Position numbers and translations under genes: made by a program. The notes beneath the pieces are model-generated. The model saw only the letters and a list, made by a program, of their open reading frames with translations, ran no database searches and was not told the DNA's origin. A stretch of DNA of 64,000 nucleotides from an uncultured Pseudomonadota bacterium (GTDB lineage: Bacteria; Vulcanimicrobiota; Vulcanimicrobiia; Eremiobacterales; Eremiobacteraceae): positions 1,024,001-1,088,000 of the forward strand of contig CAVTNB010000001.1 in the NCBI GenBank assembly GCA_963736005.1, written 5' to 3'. Positions 48,706-58,512 of the stretch are shown here, piece by piece. How positions within the stretch are numbered: the first letter of the stretch is position 1; every line of letters starts with the position of its first letter.

Positions 48706-50256
48706 TTAGTCGGGTTTGGAGAACCAACCCGAAGGCTCCACAGCCAAGTTCACGTTGATCTGCTTGACTTCAGTATACGCCTCGAAACCGTACGTACCGA
48801 GTTCCCGGCCGATGCCCGACTGTTTGTAGCCGCCCCATGGCGCTTCATTATATGTGGGGTGATAGGTGTTGATCCAGGTTATGCCGGCTCGCAGTTTGCG
48901 GATGACACGATGAGCCTTTGCGATGTCGTTCGTGAAGACGCCGCCGGCCAATCCGTAGATGGTATCGTTGGCGAGTTTGATCGCCTCTTTCTCATCCTTA
49001 AAAGTTTGCACGACGAGCACCGGGCCAAAGATCTCTTCTTGAACGATCCTCATGTCCGGCTTGGTATGCGTGAAGATCGTTGGCTCGATAAAGTTGCCCT
49101 TGCGCCCCAGCTCTCCTGGCAGACGGCCCCCACCGCACTCAAGCTTGGCGCCTTCTTCTATGCCTGTCTTAATGTAGGCTTCGATCTTTTCCTCATGCGC
49201 GCGACTGACAATCGGCCCCATTTCGGTTTGGGGATCGAAACCATCTCCCACACGGATTTGTTTTGCTCGATCGACGACCGCCTTCACGAATTTGTCGGCA
49301 ATCGACTGTTCCACGAGCAGCCTCGATCCTGCCGAACAGACTTGACCGGCGTTGGCGAAGATGCCAAACAGCGCGTAATCAACTGCGGTGTCGAAGTCGG
49401 CGTCAGCGAACACGATGTTTGGTGATTTGCCGCCCAACTCGAGCGAAATCTTCTTGAGATTGCCGACGGCGGCTTGCATGATCGCACGGCCCGTCTTCGT
49501 GCCGCCAGTGAACGCAACTTTGTCAACCAGCTCGCTGGCTGCAATCGCATGGCCGACGACTGGGCCCGACCCGAGGACAATATTGACGACGCCCTTGGGG
49601 AAGTCCAACTCCTCGATCCAGGTCGCGAGGCGAAGAGCGGTCAGGGGCGTCAGTTCCGATGGCTTGAGCACGCAGGTATTGCCAGCCGCAAGCGCAGGTG
49701 CGAGCTTCCATGATGCCATCAACAAGGGATAGTTCCAGGGAATAATCTGTCCGCACACACCGATTGGTTCGCGCACCACCATTGTCTGAGATGCCGCAGG
49801 GACATCGAAAGTCTGGCCGCTTGGTTTGGTCGCAAGCCCGGCATAGTAGCGGAAACAGTTAGCGGCATCCGCCATGTCGTATTCCGTCTCGCGCAGGGGC
49901 TTGCCGTTATTGAGCGTCTCGATGCGCGAAAGCTCGGTCGCGTTTTCATCGATGCGTTCGGCGAGACGAAAGAGCAATTTCGCGCGATCTTGCGCGAGTG
50001 AATCACCCCACGGTCCTTCGTAGAACGCTTTGTGAGCGGCCCGGATGGCGCGCTCGGCATCTTCTTTCGTTCCCTCTGCGACCTTTGCAATTACCTCGCC
50101 GTTCGCCGGGTTCACGAGATCGCGGGTTCCACCATCGGAGGCAGCGGTCCATTCGCCGCCGATCCACATGAGAAATGCGTCGCCCTTGCGTTTGAGATTC
50201 TTGAACAGCTCCGCGGCACGAGGCGCGGAACTCGGCTTGGCTTCAGCGGTTGCCAT
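48706..50256 (-). CDS. aldehyde dehydrogenase (aminoaldehyde/betaine-aldehyde type; probable 4-aminobutyraldehyde dehydrogenase)
   Basis: IIPWNYP, KPSELTP, LELGGKSP, GQVCSAGSR, EEIFGPV; follows patA. Confidence 0.88.
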   Translation of the reverse strand: MATAEAKPSSAPRAAELFKNLKRKGDAFLMWIGGEWTAASDGGTRDLVNPANGEVIAKVAEGTKEDAERAIRAAHKAFYEGPWGDSLAQDRAKLLFRLAERIDENATELSRIETLNNGKPLRETEYDMADAANCFRYYAGLATKPSGQTFDVPAASQTMVVREPIGVCGQIIPWNYPLLMASWKLAPALAAGNTCVLKPSELTPLTALRLATWIEELDFPKGVVNIVLGSGPVVGHAIAASELVDKVAFTGGTKTGRAIMQAAVGNLKKISLELGGKSPNIVFADADFDTAVDYALFGIFANAGQVCSAGSRLLVEQSIADKFVKAVVDRAKQIRVGDGFDPQTEMGPIVSRAHEEKIEAYIKTGIEEGAKLECGGGRLPGELGRKGNFIEPTIFTHTKPDMRIVQEEIFGPVLVVQTFKDEKEAIKLANDTIYGLAGGVFTNDIAKAHRVIRKLRAGITWINTYHPTYNEAPWGGYKQSGIGRELGTYGFEAYTEVKQINVNLAVEPSGWFSKPD

Positions 50257-50316
50257 TTTCTTGATTCCTTTTCGACTTGGTTGAAATCGGTTAAGGCGTT
50301 TGCCAGCCAATCACCG

Positions 50317-51735
50317 CTACATTGCGGCGAGGCACTCCGCCAACGCCTTGCAGACGTAATCCGCCTGGTCCTCTGTCAGTGTCAGCGGCGGCTCGACCCG
50401 AATGACGCGGGCGTTGACGAGCGTGCCCGAGACAAGCACGCCGCGGTCGAGCATGGCTTTGCTGAGTTTGAAGCCTAGCTGGTCGTTGGGGAACTCCATT
50501 GCCATGAGCATGCCCTTGCCACGAAGATCGATGATGATATTGCTGTACCCTCGTGCCGCCTCGCGCAGGCCCGCAAGCATGCGATCGCCCATGCGCGCGG
50601 CTCGTTCGGGCAGCCGCTCCTCGATGAGGACATTGATTGTCGCAAGTGCCGCCGCACACGCGAGCGGGTTGCCCCCGAACGTCGTCGTGTGCAAGAACGG
50701 GTTGCCAAATAAGCGCGAGAAAACAGCTTTGGTGCCCACCACTGCGCCGGCCGGCATAACTCCGCCGCCAAATGCTTTGGCCAGACACATGAGATCAGGA
50801 GCGACACCCCAATGCTCGCAGCAGAACATCTTGCCGGTGCGGCCCATCCCGGTCTGCACTTCGTCCAAAATAAGCAGCGCCCCGAACTCATCGCAGAGTG
50901 CGCGCACACCGGGGAGGTAGTCGTCGCTCGGAATATTGACGCCGCCCTCACCTTGAATCGGCTCTAAGATCACGGCGCCAACTTCTTCTCCGACCGTCTT
51001 GAGCGTCTGCATGCGCCACCGTAACGCGGCGAGATCGTTGAAGGGCACGTGCTCGATGTTGGGCAGCATAGCCCCGAACGGACGGCGAAACTCGCCCTTT
51101 GCGCTGACGGAGAGCGCGCCCATGCTCTTACCGTGAAAGCCTTTCGTCGCCGCAACAATTGTTTGCTTCGCCGGATCGAAAGCGCGCGCGAGCTTGAGTG
51201 CGGCTTCGATCGTCTCGGTTCCGCTATTGCAGAAAAACGCGTATTCAAGGTTGCCCGGCGTGAGCATGGCAAGTGCCTTCGCGAGCATCGCGCGCAGTGG
51301 ATCGAGCAAGTCTTGGCTGTGCAAGGCCTGCCGTTTGAGCTGGTCCGTGACGGCCTTGACGACCTTGGGGTGGCGATGACCGACATTGTAAATTCCAAAA
51401 CCGCCGAGGCAATCGATATATTCCTTGCCGGCGACATCTCGATATGCATTCGCTCCGGCGTCGCCCCATTCGACGACCGCTGCGGCGTGCTCAACAGCCG
51501 TGGCCTTACGGTATTCGAGAAACCCCGGATTGACATGGTCGCGGAAGCCCTTGACCGTTTCCGCGATGACCCACTCCGCGTCGTCCGCGTCGATCTCCGG
51601 CTTCGCGATAAGATCGAGCACGCGCTGCGTGTAGGCAAAGACCTCTGCATCCGGGCGCTTGCCGTGCGTGTTGCGGTCGGAGTCGATCTGAAGATCAGCT
51701 GCTTTATTTTTCTTTTGACTATCGATAATTTGCAT
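50317..51735 (-). CDS. patA: putrescine aminotransferase (class III PLP)
   Basis: FRDHVNPGFLEYRK, DCLGGFGIYNVGHRHP, LHSQDLLDPLRAMLAK, LAKAFGGGVMP closely recall E. coli YgjG/PatA. Confidence 0.88.
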   Translation of the reverse strand: MQIIDSQKKNKAADLQIDSDRNTHGKRPDAEVFAYTQRVLDLIAKPEIDADDAEWVIAETVKGFRDHVNPGFLEYRKATAVEHAAAVVEWGDAGANAYRDVAGKEYIDCLGGFGIYNVGHRHPKVVKAVTDQLKRQALHSQDLLDPLRAMLAKALAMLTPGNLEYAFFCNSGTETIEAALKLARAFDPAKQTIVAATKGFHGKSMGALSVSAKGEFRRPFGAMLPNIEHVPFNDLAALRWRMQTLKTVGEEVGAVILEPIQGEGGVNIPSDDYLPGVRALCDEFGALLILDEVQTGMGRTGKMFCCEHWGVAPDLMCLAKAFGGGVMPAGAVVGTKAVFSRLFGNPFLHTTTFGGNPLACAAALATINVLIEERLPERAARMGDRMLAGLREAARGYSNIIIDLRGKGMLMAMEFPNDQLGFKLSKAMLDRGVLVSGTLVNARVIRVEPPLTLTEDQADYVCKALAECLAAM

Positions 51736-51752
51736 GATGCCTTTTCGTTGTT

Positions 51753-53039
51753 TTAGGTTAGGACGGCGGAGACCGCCTCGTCGAGGCGATCCAACGCGCT
51801 CTCGAGATCTTCTTTGTCGATGATGAGCGGCACGAGCACTCGAATGATGTTGCGTTTCACACCGGCGGCCATGAGCAGCAATCCTCGACCGCGCGCTTCT
51901 TCGCCAATGCGCTGCACGATTGCAGACCCGGTCATCTTGCCATGGTCTTGGAATTCGAGCGCTCTCATTGCGCCGAGGCCGCGCACGTCCCCGATGGCGC
52001 GATGCTGCCGCTTGAGCTCGTTGAACCTGTGTTCGAGCCGCTTGCCGATTTCCACGGCGCGCTCGAGAAGATGGTCTTCCTCAATGATATCGAGGACAGC
52101 CAGCGCTGCTGCACATGCTAGCGGATTCCCCCCAAATGTTCCACCAAGTCCACCAGCGGTGGGAGCGTCCATGATCTCAGCCTTACCTATGACGCCCGCA
52201 ATGGGAAGCCCGTTGGCGATGCTCTTGGCTACTGTGATCAGGTCGGGCTCGACCTCCGCGTGCTCGATCGCGAACATCTTCCCGGTGCGCCCATAGCCTG
52301 ACTGAATCTCATCCGCAACCAGCACGATGCCGTGCTCCAGCGTGATCGCCCGCAGCGCCTTGAGGAACTCGATCGGAGCAGGCACAAACCCGCCTTCGCC
52401 AAGCACTGGCTCGATGACCATCGCAGCGATGCGATTGGGCGCGACTTCTGATTCGAACAGCTCGTTGAGCGCCTCGAGCGCCCTGCGAGCGCTCCAGCCA
52501 TGGAATTCGTAGGGATAAGGTACGTGGTAAACCTCGTTGGCGAAGGGCCCAAAATTTTGCTTGTATGGATTGTTCTCGCCCGTCATCGTGAGCGCCAACA
52601 ACGTTCGCCCGTGAAAACTATGATGAAACGCAACCACGGCCGGGCGCCCAGTGTGCATGCGGGCGATCTTGATCGCGTTCTCAACGGCCTCCGCGCCTGT
52701 GGTCACAAAGAATGTCTTCTTCTTCGACGGACCAGGCGCGAGCTTGTTCAAACGCTCCGCCAACTCCACATAGCCTTCGTACATTGCAACTTGGAAGCAC
52801 GTGTGCGTAAAGCGCTCGAGCTGTTCGGCCACGGCCTTGCGCACTTTGGGATGAGAGTGGCCGACATTGACCACCCCGATCCCGCCAACAAAATCGATGT
52901 ATTCCTTGCCGTCGACATCCCAAAGCTTCTCACCGAGCGCGCGGGCAGCAAAAATTGGATGCGTGTTCCCTACGCCTCGTGGAATTTCAGACGCGCGTAA
53001 ATCGAGCAGTGCCTTTGTTTGCGACGCCGCGAGGGCCAT
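51753..53039 (-). CDS. gabT: 4-aminobutyrate aminotransferase
   Basis: IPRGVG, DFVGGIGV, FTHTCFQV, TGAEAVENAIKIAR, EPVLGEGGF, DEIQSGYGRTG. Confidence 0.9.
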   Translation of the reverse strand: MALAASQTKALLDLRASEIPRGVGNTHPIFAARALGEKLWDVDGKEYIDFVGGIGVVNVGHSHPKVRKAVAEQLERFTHTCFQVAMYEGYVELAERLNKLAPGPSKKKTFFVTTGAEAVENAIKIARMHTGRPAVVAFHHSFHGRTLLALTMTGENNPYKQNFGPFANEVYHVPYPYEFHGWSARRALEALNELFESEVAPNRIAAMVIEPVLGEGGFVPAPIEFLKALRAITLEHGIVLVADEIQSGYGRTGKMFAIEHAEVEPDLITVAKSIANGLPIAGVIGKAEIMDAPTAGGLGGTFGGNPLACAAALAVLDIIEEDHLLERAVEIGKRLEHRFNELKRQHRAIGDVRGLGAMRALEFQDHGKMTGSAIVQRIGEEARGRGLLLMAAGVKRNIIRVLVPLIIDKEDLESALDRLDEAVSAVLT

Positions 53040-53056
53040 GGTCTACCTTTCGAACC

Positions 53057-53081
53057 GTCGCGAATAAATTCGCGACACTAC
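53057..53081. repeat. REP class B (GTCGCGAATAAATTCGCGACACTAC)
   Basis: Hairpin plus CTAC, in the gabT leader. Confidence 0.78.
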
Positions 53082-53111
53082 ATTTTGGGCGTTAAATGGG
53101 GGTTCAATTAA

Positions 53112-53156
53112 AGTGTACCTGGTTGCGGGGGCAAAAACTATGTAAGTAGAATACAA
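53112..53156 (-). promoter_or_regulatory. gabT promoter: TTGT-N8-TACATAGT-N19-TACACT (putative PucR-family activator site + -10)
   Basis: Architecture identical to 54800-54844. Confidence 0.7.
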
Positions 53157-53189
53157 AAATAGCACCGATATTCATATGGGATTACAAGA

Positions 53190-54791
53190 ATGACCGTTCG
53201 CGAGGCTCTAACCCTGAATTCCCTCGCTTCAGCCAAGGTTGTAGCTGGGCAAGATGGCTTGGGGCGGGACGTCCAGTGGGCTCACGTGGTCGACATGCCG
53301 GATCCTGCGCCTTGGGTGAGGCCTGGTCAGTTGTTGCTCACGACTGGATTTGCATGGCCAACGCAAGAGCGCGAGGTAACGTCGCTGGTTCGGCTTTTGT
53401 GCAATCGAGGACTCGCAGCCGTGGGCCTCGCGGTGCCGGGCTATCTCAAGAAATTTCCCGACACGGCCCGTGAGGAAGCTGACAAACTTAGTCTTCCCTT
53501 GATCGAGATTCCCTTTGAAGTACCCTTCGCGCAGATCACCGAGGAACTGCACCGCACGATTCTAGCCGAACAATACAAGATTATCGAGCGTTCGGAGCAG
53601 ATCCACCGGACGTTGACCCGCGCTGCGGCAGAGGGTAGCAATCTGAGCGATCTCGCGCGCACGCTTGGGGAATTGCTCGATCGTTCCGTTACTCTTGAAG
53701 ATCCCGAAGGCAAGCTGTTGGCGTCCTACTCGACCGAGGACGATGCAAAAGATGCAATCCGTCGCCAAACCCTAGACGATAAACAAACTCCGGCTCATCT
53801 CACCCAGGCATTAGAGGCGGCAGGGATGATGGACGACATCCGCGCGAGCACCGGTCCCTTGCGCATTGCGGCGATGCCCGATCTTGGTTTGGGAGCTCGT
53901 GTGGTCTGCCCCATCAGGCTGGGCTCCGAACTTATCGGTCTCGTGTGGATCATCGAGGGCGAGAAGAAACTCTCCGAACTTGACTTTCGCGCAGCCGAGC
54001 ACGCGGCGCTTGTGGCCGCCGTCCACGTGGCGCACCAGCGCGAACTGGCGATGACGGAAGCCCGCTTGGGCTATGCATCCTTTCTGTCACTGCTCGAGGC
54101 TGAAGATGACGACCCTCAAGCCATTGAACGGGCAAGGCTCGTCGGGTTTGACCCAGATGGGAGCCACCGCGTGGGCATCTGTGTGATCGCCGAGCCGCTC
54201 CCCCTCACCCGCGATGGATTTCTGCACCGAGAACGTGTGGCAAACCAGCTTGCCCGCATGTTGCGCAGCACGGGTACGAAACCGCTCCTCACCGCGTCAC
54301 TCAACCATGTTACCTTCCTGTTGCCCGAAGGGGTGGACGAAGGTTCCCTGTGGTCCGGCCTGGGCGATCCCTCAGTGCGCATGGTGCTTGGCCGCTCCCA
54401 CCCGGGGACCGCCGGGGCCAGGCGCAGCTATCGCGAAGCACGGTCTCTTTTAAGTTACACGGATGGCTCCACCGTTCGCATGTTTGAAGACGCGCTGGTT
54501 CCTCGGGTTTTGATGGGAGACGCAAGCGCCCACGAGGCGTTCATCGATCATATTTTTGGGCCGCTGCAGAAACGCAAAGATGGTGCCATGCTGCAGTCTG
54601 TCTTGCTGGCGCTCGCGAAGCACGGCTTCGCTTTAAAGACGACGTCTGAGGCGCTTGGCATCCACCAAAATACGCTACGCTACCGACTCGGCAAGGCACT
54701 GGAGGTTTTGCGCGTCGACCTTGACGACCCAGAGGCTCGTTTTCAGCTTCAATTGGCCGCCAGAATTTTGGATTTTTCGAATAAGAAATAA
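53190..54791 (+). CDS. PucR/CdaR-family transcriptional regulator
   Basis: MTVREAL..VVAG..GL.RDV.WAHVVD, GQLLLTTG, C-terminal HTH LGIHQNTLRYRL. Confidence 0.92.
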   Translation: MTVREALTLNSLASAKVVAGQDGLGRDVQWAHVVDMPDPAPWVRPGQLLLTTGFAWPTQEREVTSLVRLLCNRGLAAVGLAVPGYLKKFPDTAREEADKLSLPLIEIPFEVPFAQITEELHRTILAEQYKIIERSEQIHRTLTRAAAEGSNLSDLARTLGELLDRSVTLEDPEGKLLASYSTEDDAKDAIRRQTLDDKQTPAHLTQALEAAGMMDDIRASTGPLRIAAMPDLGLGARVVCPIRLGSELIGLVWIIEGEKKLSELDFRAAEHAALVAAVHVAHQRELAMTEARLGYASFLSLLEAEDDDPQAIERARLVGFDPDGSHRVGICVIAEPLPLTRDGFLHRERVANQLARMLRSTGTKPLLTASLNHVTFLLPEGVDEGSLWSGLGDPSVRMVLGRSHPGTAGARRSYREARSLLSYTDGSTVRMFEDALVPRVLMGDASAHEAFIDHIFGPLQKRKDGAMLQSVLLALAKHGFALKTTSEALGIHQNTLRYRLGKALEVLRVDLDDPEARFQLQLAARILDFSNKK

Positions 54792-54799
54792 CAGGTAAA

Positions 54800-54844
54800 T
54801 TGTCCGGCAGATACATAGTCTTAACGACCTGTTAAGAGTACACT
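54800..54844 (+). promoter_or_regulatory. TBDR promoter: TTGT-N8-TACATAGT-N19-TACACT, with internal palindrome TCTTAAC-N5-GTTAAGA
   Basis: Architecture identical to the gabT promoter. Confidence 0.7.
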
Positions 54845-54861
54845 GGTTGGGGCGGTAGAGG

Positions 54862-54886
54862 AGCGGATCTAAAGGTCCGCTGCTAC
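54862..54886. repeat. REP class C (AGCGGATCTAAAGGTCCGCTGCTAC)
   Basis: Hairpin plus CTAC. Confidence 0.78.
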
Positions 54887-54930
54887 ACTAGATTTCTTAG
54901 CGTTCGTTGCGTTCTAAGGGAGATGAGCCT

Positions 54931-57900
54931 GTGTCGCTTCGCAAGCTAGCGGTTGTCGCATTTGCCATCGCGTTGTTCGGATTGTCGGCGCTTCCCGGCT
55001 CCGCTGGAACCACCGGTGGTATTCACGGAAGGGTGGCTGACATTACTAGCGGGCAACCCATTGCCGGGGCAGATGTCACCGCAGCGTCTCCGTCGCAAAC
55101 TGAAACGCGGTCGACCGACAGCTTGGGGTACTACGCGTTCATTTCGCTGGCGCCCGACACGTATACCGTCACCGCGAAAAAGGATGGCTACACGCTCGAG
55201 CAAGTTCCCGGCGTCACGGTCATCTCCGACCAGAACCGCGCGGTTGATATCAAGATGCAGTCAGCGCTCAAGACGATTGCACGCGTCGCAATTCGGGCGA
55301 CCGGAGGCCTCGTTCGCTCAGGCGTCGTGAGCGACGTTTATTCCATCAACGCAGCCCAGCAAAAAGTGGCTGCTCCCCTCGGTGGGGCTGGAGCGTTGAA
55401 CCAATCCTACGGGGCCATCGCGAGCGCGCCGGGCGTCAACTACGATCAAGGCCAGCAGGGCTGGTACCAAAATGTTTATATCCGCGGTGGAGACATCGAT
55501 CAAGTTGCCTATGAGTTCGATGGCGTTCCGGTCATTCGCGAATCTGACCAAGGCGCGGTCACGACACTGACGAGCTTGGGGCAAGCGGAGGTACAGGTGT
55601 ACACAGGCGGCACTCCCGCCTCTGCCGATGCACCGGGCCTCGCAGGCTACATCAACCAAGTTGTCAAGAGCGGCTCCTACCCAGGGTATGCAAGTTTCAC
55701 TGGCGGCATCGGTGGGCCGACGCTCTACAATAAGGGCACCTTGGAAGTAGGAGGCGCAACCCCAGATCGGCGTTTCTCATACTACGTGGGCACGCAACTC
55801 GTCGCGCAGGATTACCGCTTTGGCGACCAGTTCAACGGCGCGAGCAACCCGCTTTTTTTCTATCCGATCGGGATCGGGAATCAGTTTCCGCCTCCCGCAG
55901 GCCCGTTTGCAGCAATCCCAACTCCGTTAAACACCGCCGTCTGGGACGGGTCCTCCCAGTGGTTGTTCGGGCCGGGCACTGCAAACGCGATCGCGAGTGT
56001 CGGCGATCAGGAAACGATTGCTAACTTCCATTTTGGGCTGCCACACCGTCACGACTCGAGCACAGACGACATCCAGCTGCTCTACGATAACAGCCTGATC
56101 GTCCAAAAGTTCTATGGATCGGCGTTCGATCAGGGCCTTCCCGCAATTGTGGCTGAGAACGGAGCGCCACTAGGTTACTTTGATGGCTATGCCTACAACG
56201 GGCAAGTGTTCGCGCCGCCCGTGGCTGGACTCGTGGGGCCAGACTTATTCCCGAATTCGCCGCAAAATCGTGCGCAGTTTTCGCAACTGCCAATCCTAGA
56301 GCGTGAGGGCTCCCAAAATGGTGTTGCGCTCAGCAAGTTTCAGTACCAACGCAATATTAATGAGAGATCTTATCTGCGCTTTGACGCATATACGGACTAT
56401 GCAACCTGGTTCATCAGCGGGCCGGTGAGCGCCAATTTGCCTTTCGGGGGCCAGCTCCCGGACTACGAGGTGAACGAGCATAAATATGGCGGCAAGCTCG
56501 ACTACTCGAATCAGCTCAACGACAAGAATCTCCTCGAGCTTACCGCTTCGTATCTTACCGCACATCTCGAGACGTTCTCGGGTCAGTTCGGCACATTCTT
56601 GGATTACGCGGAGCCTACATCAAATCTCGTCGATGCACGTGGCAATTGCTACGATTTCACAACAGGGAATTTTGCGGATTGTTTTCCACAGTTGGCGCCC
56701 GCTGGCTATCCGAACCCGACATCGCAGGGCTGCTTCAATCCTGTGCTTGGATGCACGGGGCTTGTTCCGGGGATGCCGCCGCCGGGCAGCCCGGCAGCAA
56801 ACAACAGCGCACGCTGGCTCGTCACCGAACCTGGGCCCAAAGCGCAGATCGACACAGTCAAGCCGTATTTCTCAGGCTTCTCCGCCAACGATCAGTGGCG
56901 ACCGAACGACAAGCTGACGATGAATATCGGTGCGCGAGTCGATCTTTTCGACTACCGGCTCGACGACTTGGTCGACGGCTATCCTGCGCGCGCCTTCTGG
57001 TACGCCGCGTACAACCGCGAGAATTGTTTTGGCCCCGGCTTCAACGCGCCGTACCTGGGTGCGCTGAACGCAGCAACCGGCGCTTTTGCGTGCAATCTCG
57101 GTGGCACGCACACGAACCTGCAAAATTTCGGCGGAGGTACGATCTCGGAACGAATCTGGCAGCCCCGCTTCGGCGCAACGTATTCGGTCAATCCCGACCT
57201 GGTCTTGCGCGCGACCTACGGACGGTACGCACGACCAGCTGCCACCTCGTATCAAGAGTACAACGTCATTCAGCAAGACTCGCCACAGTTTATCAGTACT
57301 TTCCTCAACATGGGTTACAATACGCCCATCCACTACCTGCACGCAGATACGGCGAACAACTTCGATTTCTCAGTCGAAAAGCGTCTGCATGGTACCGATA
57401 TGTCGTTCAAGTTGACGCCATATTATCGCACCACGCAGGGGCAAATTCAGTTCTTGTCTTTGAACGCGCAAGGCGTGTTAGCCGGTGTGAATGCGGGGCA
57501 GCAAAACTCGTACGGAGTAGAGTTCGCGTTCGACAAAGGCAACTTTTCGACTGACGGATTTGCGATGCAGGCCTCGCTCACGTATCTCAACAGCACGATC
57601 AAGTACGGCCCCCAACCGAACGGCCAAAATGTCATCGACCTCTTGAACAACTTCATCGAACAATACAATTCGTTCACGTCCGCATGCGTGACGCCAAACC
57701 CGACAATTTGCGGCGCCTTTGGCGCGAACAACGCACACCCAACCTTTACCAACGGGACGACTGGCGTGGTGACAACCAATCCGTACTACAACCTAGCACC
57801 GCAGCCACTATTCGATCGCAACGCGCGCTACACGACCTACAGCACGATCCCGGCACCTTTCAATAATGCCAACAGTTTTGCGACCCCATTCGCGACCTCG

Positions 57901-58437
57901 CTGATCCTCAACTACAAGCATCAAAAGTGGTCGGTGACACCAAGCTTTACCTACAGCATTGGGGCATCGTATGGGTCGCCGCTCGTGTGGCCCGGGTACG
58001 ATCCAAGCTCGTGTGGCAACGTTTCCGCCGTCTCGCAACCAGCTCCAGACCTAACGCCAATGGGTTGCGCGAGCTCTATCTTCATACCAGATAAGTATAC
58101 AGGTCACTTTGATGCTCTCGGCGCCTTCCAACAGCCGTCACGGCTAACAGCAAACCTTGCCATTGGTCTGCACGTAAGCGATCGCATTGATGCGACGCTC
58201 ACCGGTTCGAGCTTGATCGATCGCTGCTGGCAGCGTGGCTTCCCATGGGATTCTCAAACGACGTGCGTCTATGGCCAACTCGCGTCGAACTTGCTTGCAC
58301 CGGCGGGCAACTTCGTGGCCAATCCGCCAATCCAGCTGGCTTACCCGTATGGCAGTTGGTACAATAATACAGAAATCGGCCAAGAGGGGCAGAAGTCGCC
58401 CACTACTTGGTCGCTGGAAACGACGTTTAAGCTCTAG
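54931..58437 (+). CDS. TonB-dependent receptor (Oar-like, large Cys-containing loops)
   Basis: Signal peptide, carboxypeptidase-regulatory-like domain, plug IRGG..YEFDGVP, WQPRFGATY, barrel C-terminus WSLETTFKL. Confidence 0.88.
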   Translation: MSLRKLAVVAFAIALFGLSALPGSAGTTGGIHGRVADITSGQPIAGADVTAASPSQTETRSTDSLGYYAFISLAPDTYTVTAKKDGYTLEQVPGVTVISDQNRAVDIKMQSALKTIARVAIRATGGLVRSGVVSDVYSINAAQQKVAAPLGGAGALNQSYGAIASAPGVNYDQGQQGWYQNVYIRGGDIDQVAYEFDGVPVIRESDQGAVTTLTSLGQAEVQVYTGGTPASADAPGLAGYINQVVKSGSYPGYASFTGGIGGPTLYNKGTLEVGGATPDRRFSYYVGTQLVAQDYRFGDQFNGASNPLFFYPIGIGNQFPPPAGPFAAIPTPLNTAVWDGSSQWLFGPGTANAIASVGDQETIANFHFGLPHRHDSSTDDIQLLYDNSLIVQKFYGSAFDQGLPAIVAENGAPLGYFDGYAYNGQVFAPPVAGLVGPDLFPNSPQNRAQFSQLPILEREGSQNGVALSKFQYQRNINERSYLRFDAYTDYATWFISGPVSANLPFGGQLPDYEVNEHKYGGKLDYSNQLNDKNLLELTASYLTAHLETFSGQFGTFLDYAEPTSNLVDARGNCYDFTTGNFADCFPQLAPAGYPNPTSQGCFNPVLGCTGLVPGMPPPGSPAANNSARWLVTEPGPKAQIDTVKPYFSGFSANDQWRPNDKLTMNIGARVDLFDYRLDDLVDGYPARAFWYAAYNRENCFGPGFNAPYLGALNAATGAFACNLGGTHTNLQNFGGGTISERIWQPRFGATYSVNPDLVLRATYGRYARPAATSYQEYNVIQQDSPQFISTFLNMGYNTPIHYLHADTANNFDFSVEKRLHGTDMSFKLTPYYRTTQGQIQFLSLNAQGVLAGVNAGQQNSYGVEFAFDKGNFSTDGFAMQASLTYLNSTIKYGPQPNGQNVIDLLNNFIEQYNSFTSACVTPNPTICGAFGANNAHPTFTNGTTGVVTTNPYYNLAPQPLFDRNARYTTYSTIPAPFNNANSFATPFATSLILNYKHQKWSVTPSFTYSIGASYGSPLVWPGYDPSSCGNVSAVSQPAPDLTPMGCASSIFIPDKYTGHFDALGAFQQPSRLTANLAIGLHVSDRIDATLTGSSLIDRCWQRGFPWDSQTTCVYGQLASNLLAPAGNFVANPPIQLAYPYGSWYNNTEIGQEGQKSPTTWSLETTFKL

Positions 58438-58446
58438 TCGCGCTAC

Positions 58447-58498
58447 GTAGCGGGCGACTGTAAAGTCGCCCTCGTCGTTGCGCGAATTTGTTCGCGCA
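58447..58498. repeat. REP class D (58447-58471) plus class B variant (58479-58498)
   Basis: GTAGCGGGCGACTGTAAAGTCGCCC and TGCGCGAATTTGTTCGCGCA. Confidence 0.78.
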
Positions 58499-58512
58499 CG
58501 TGAGGAGGCTCC

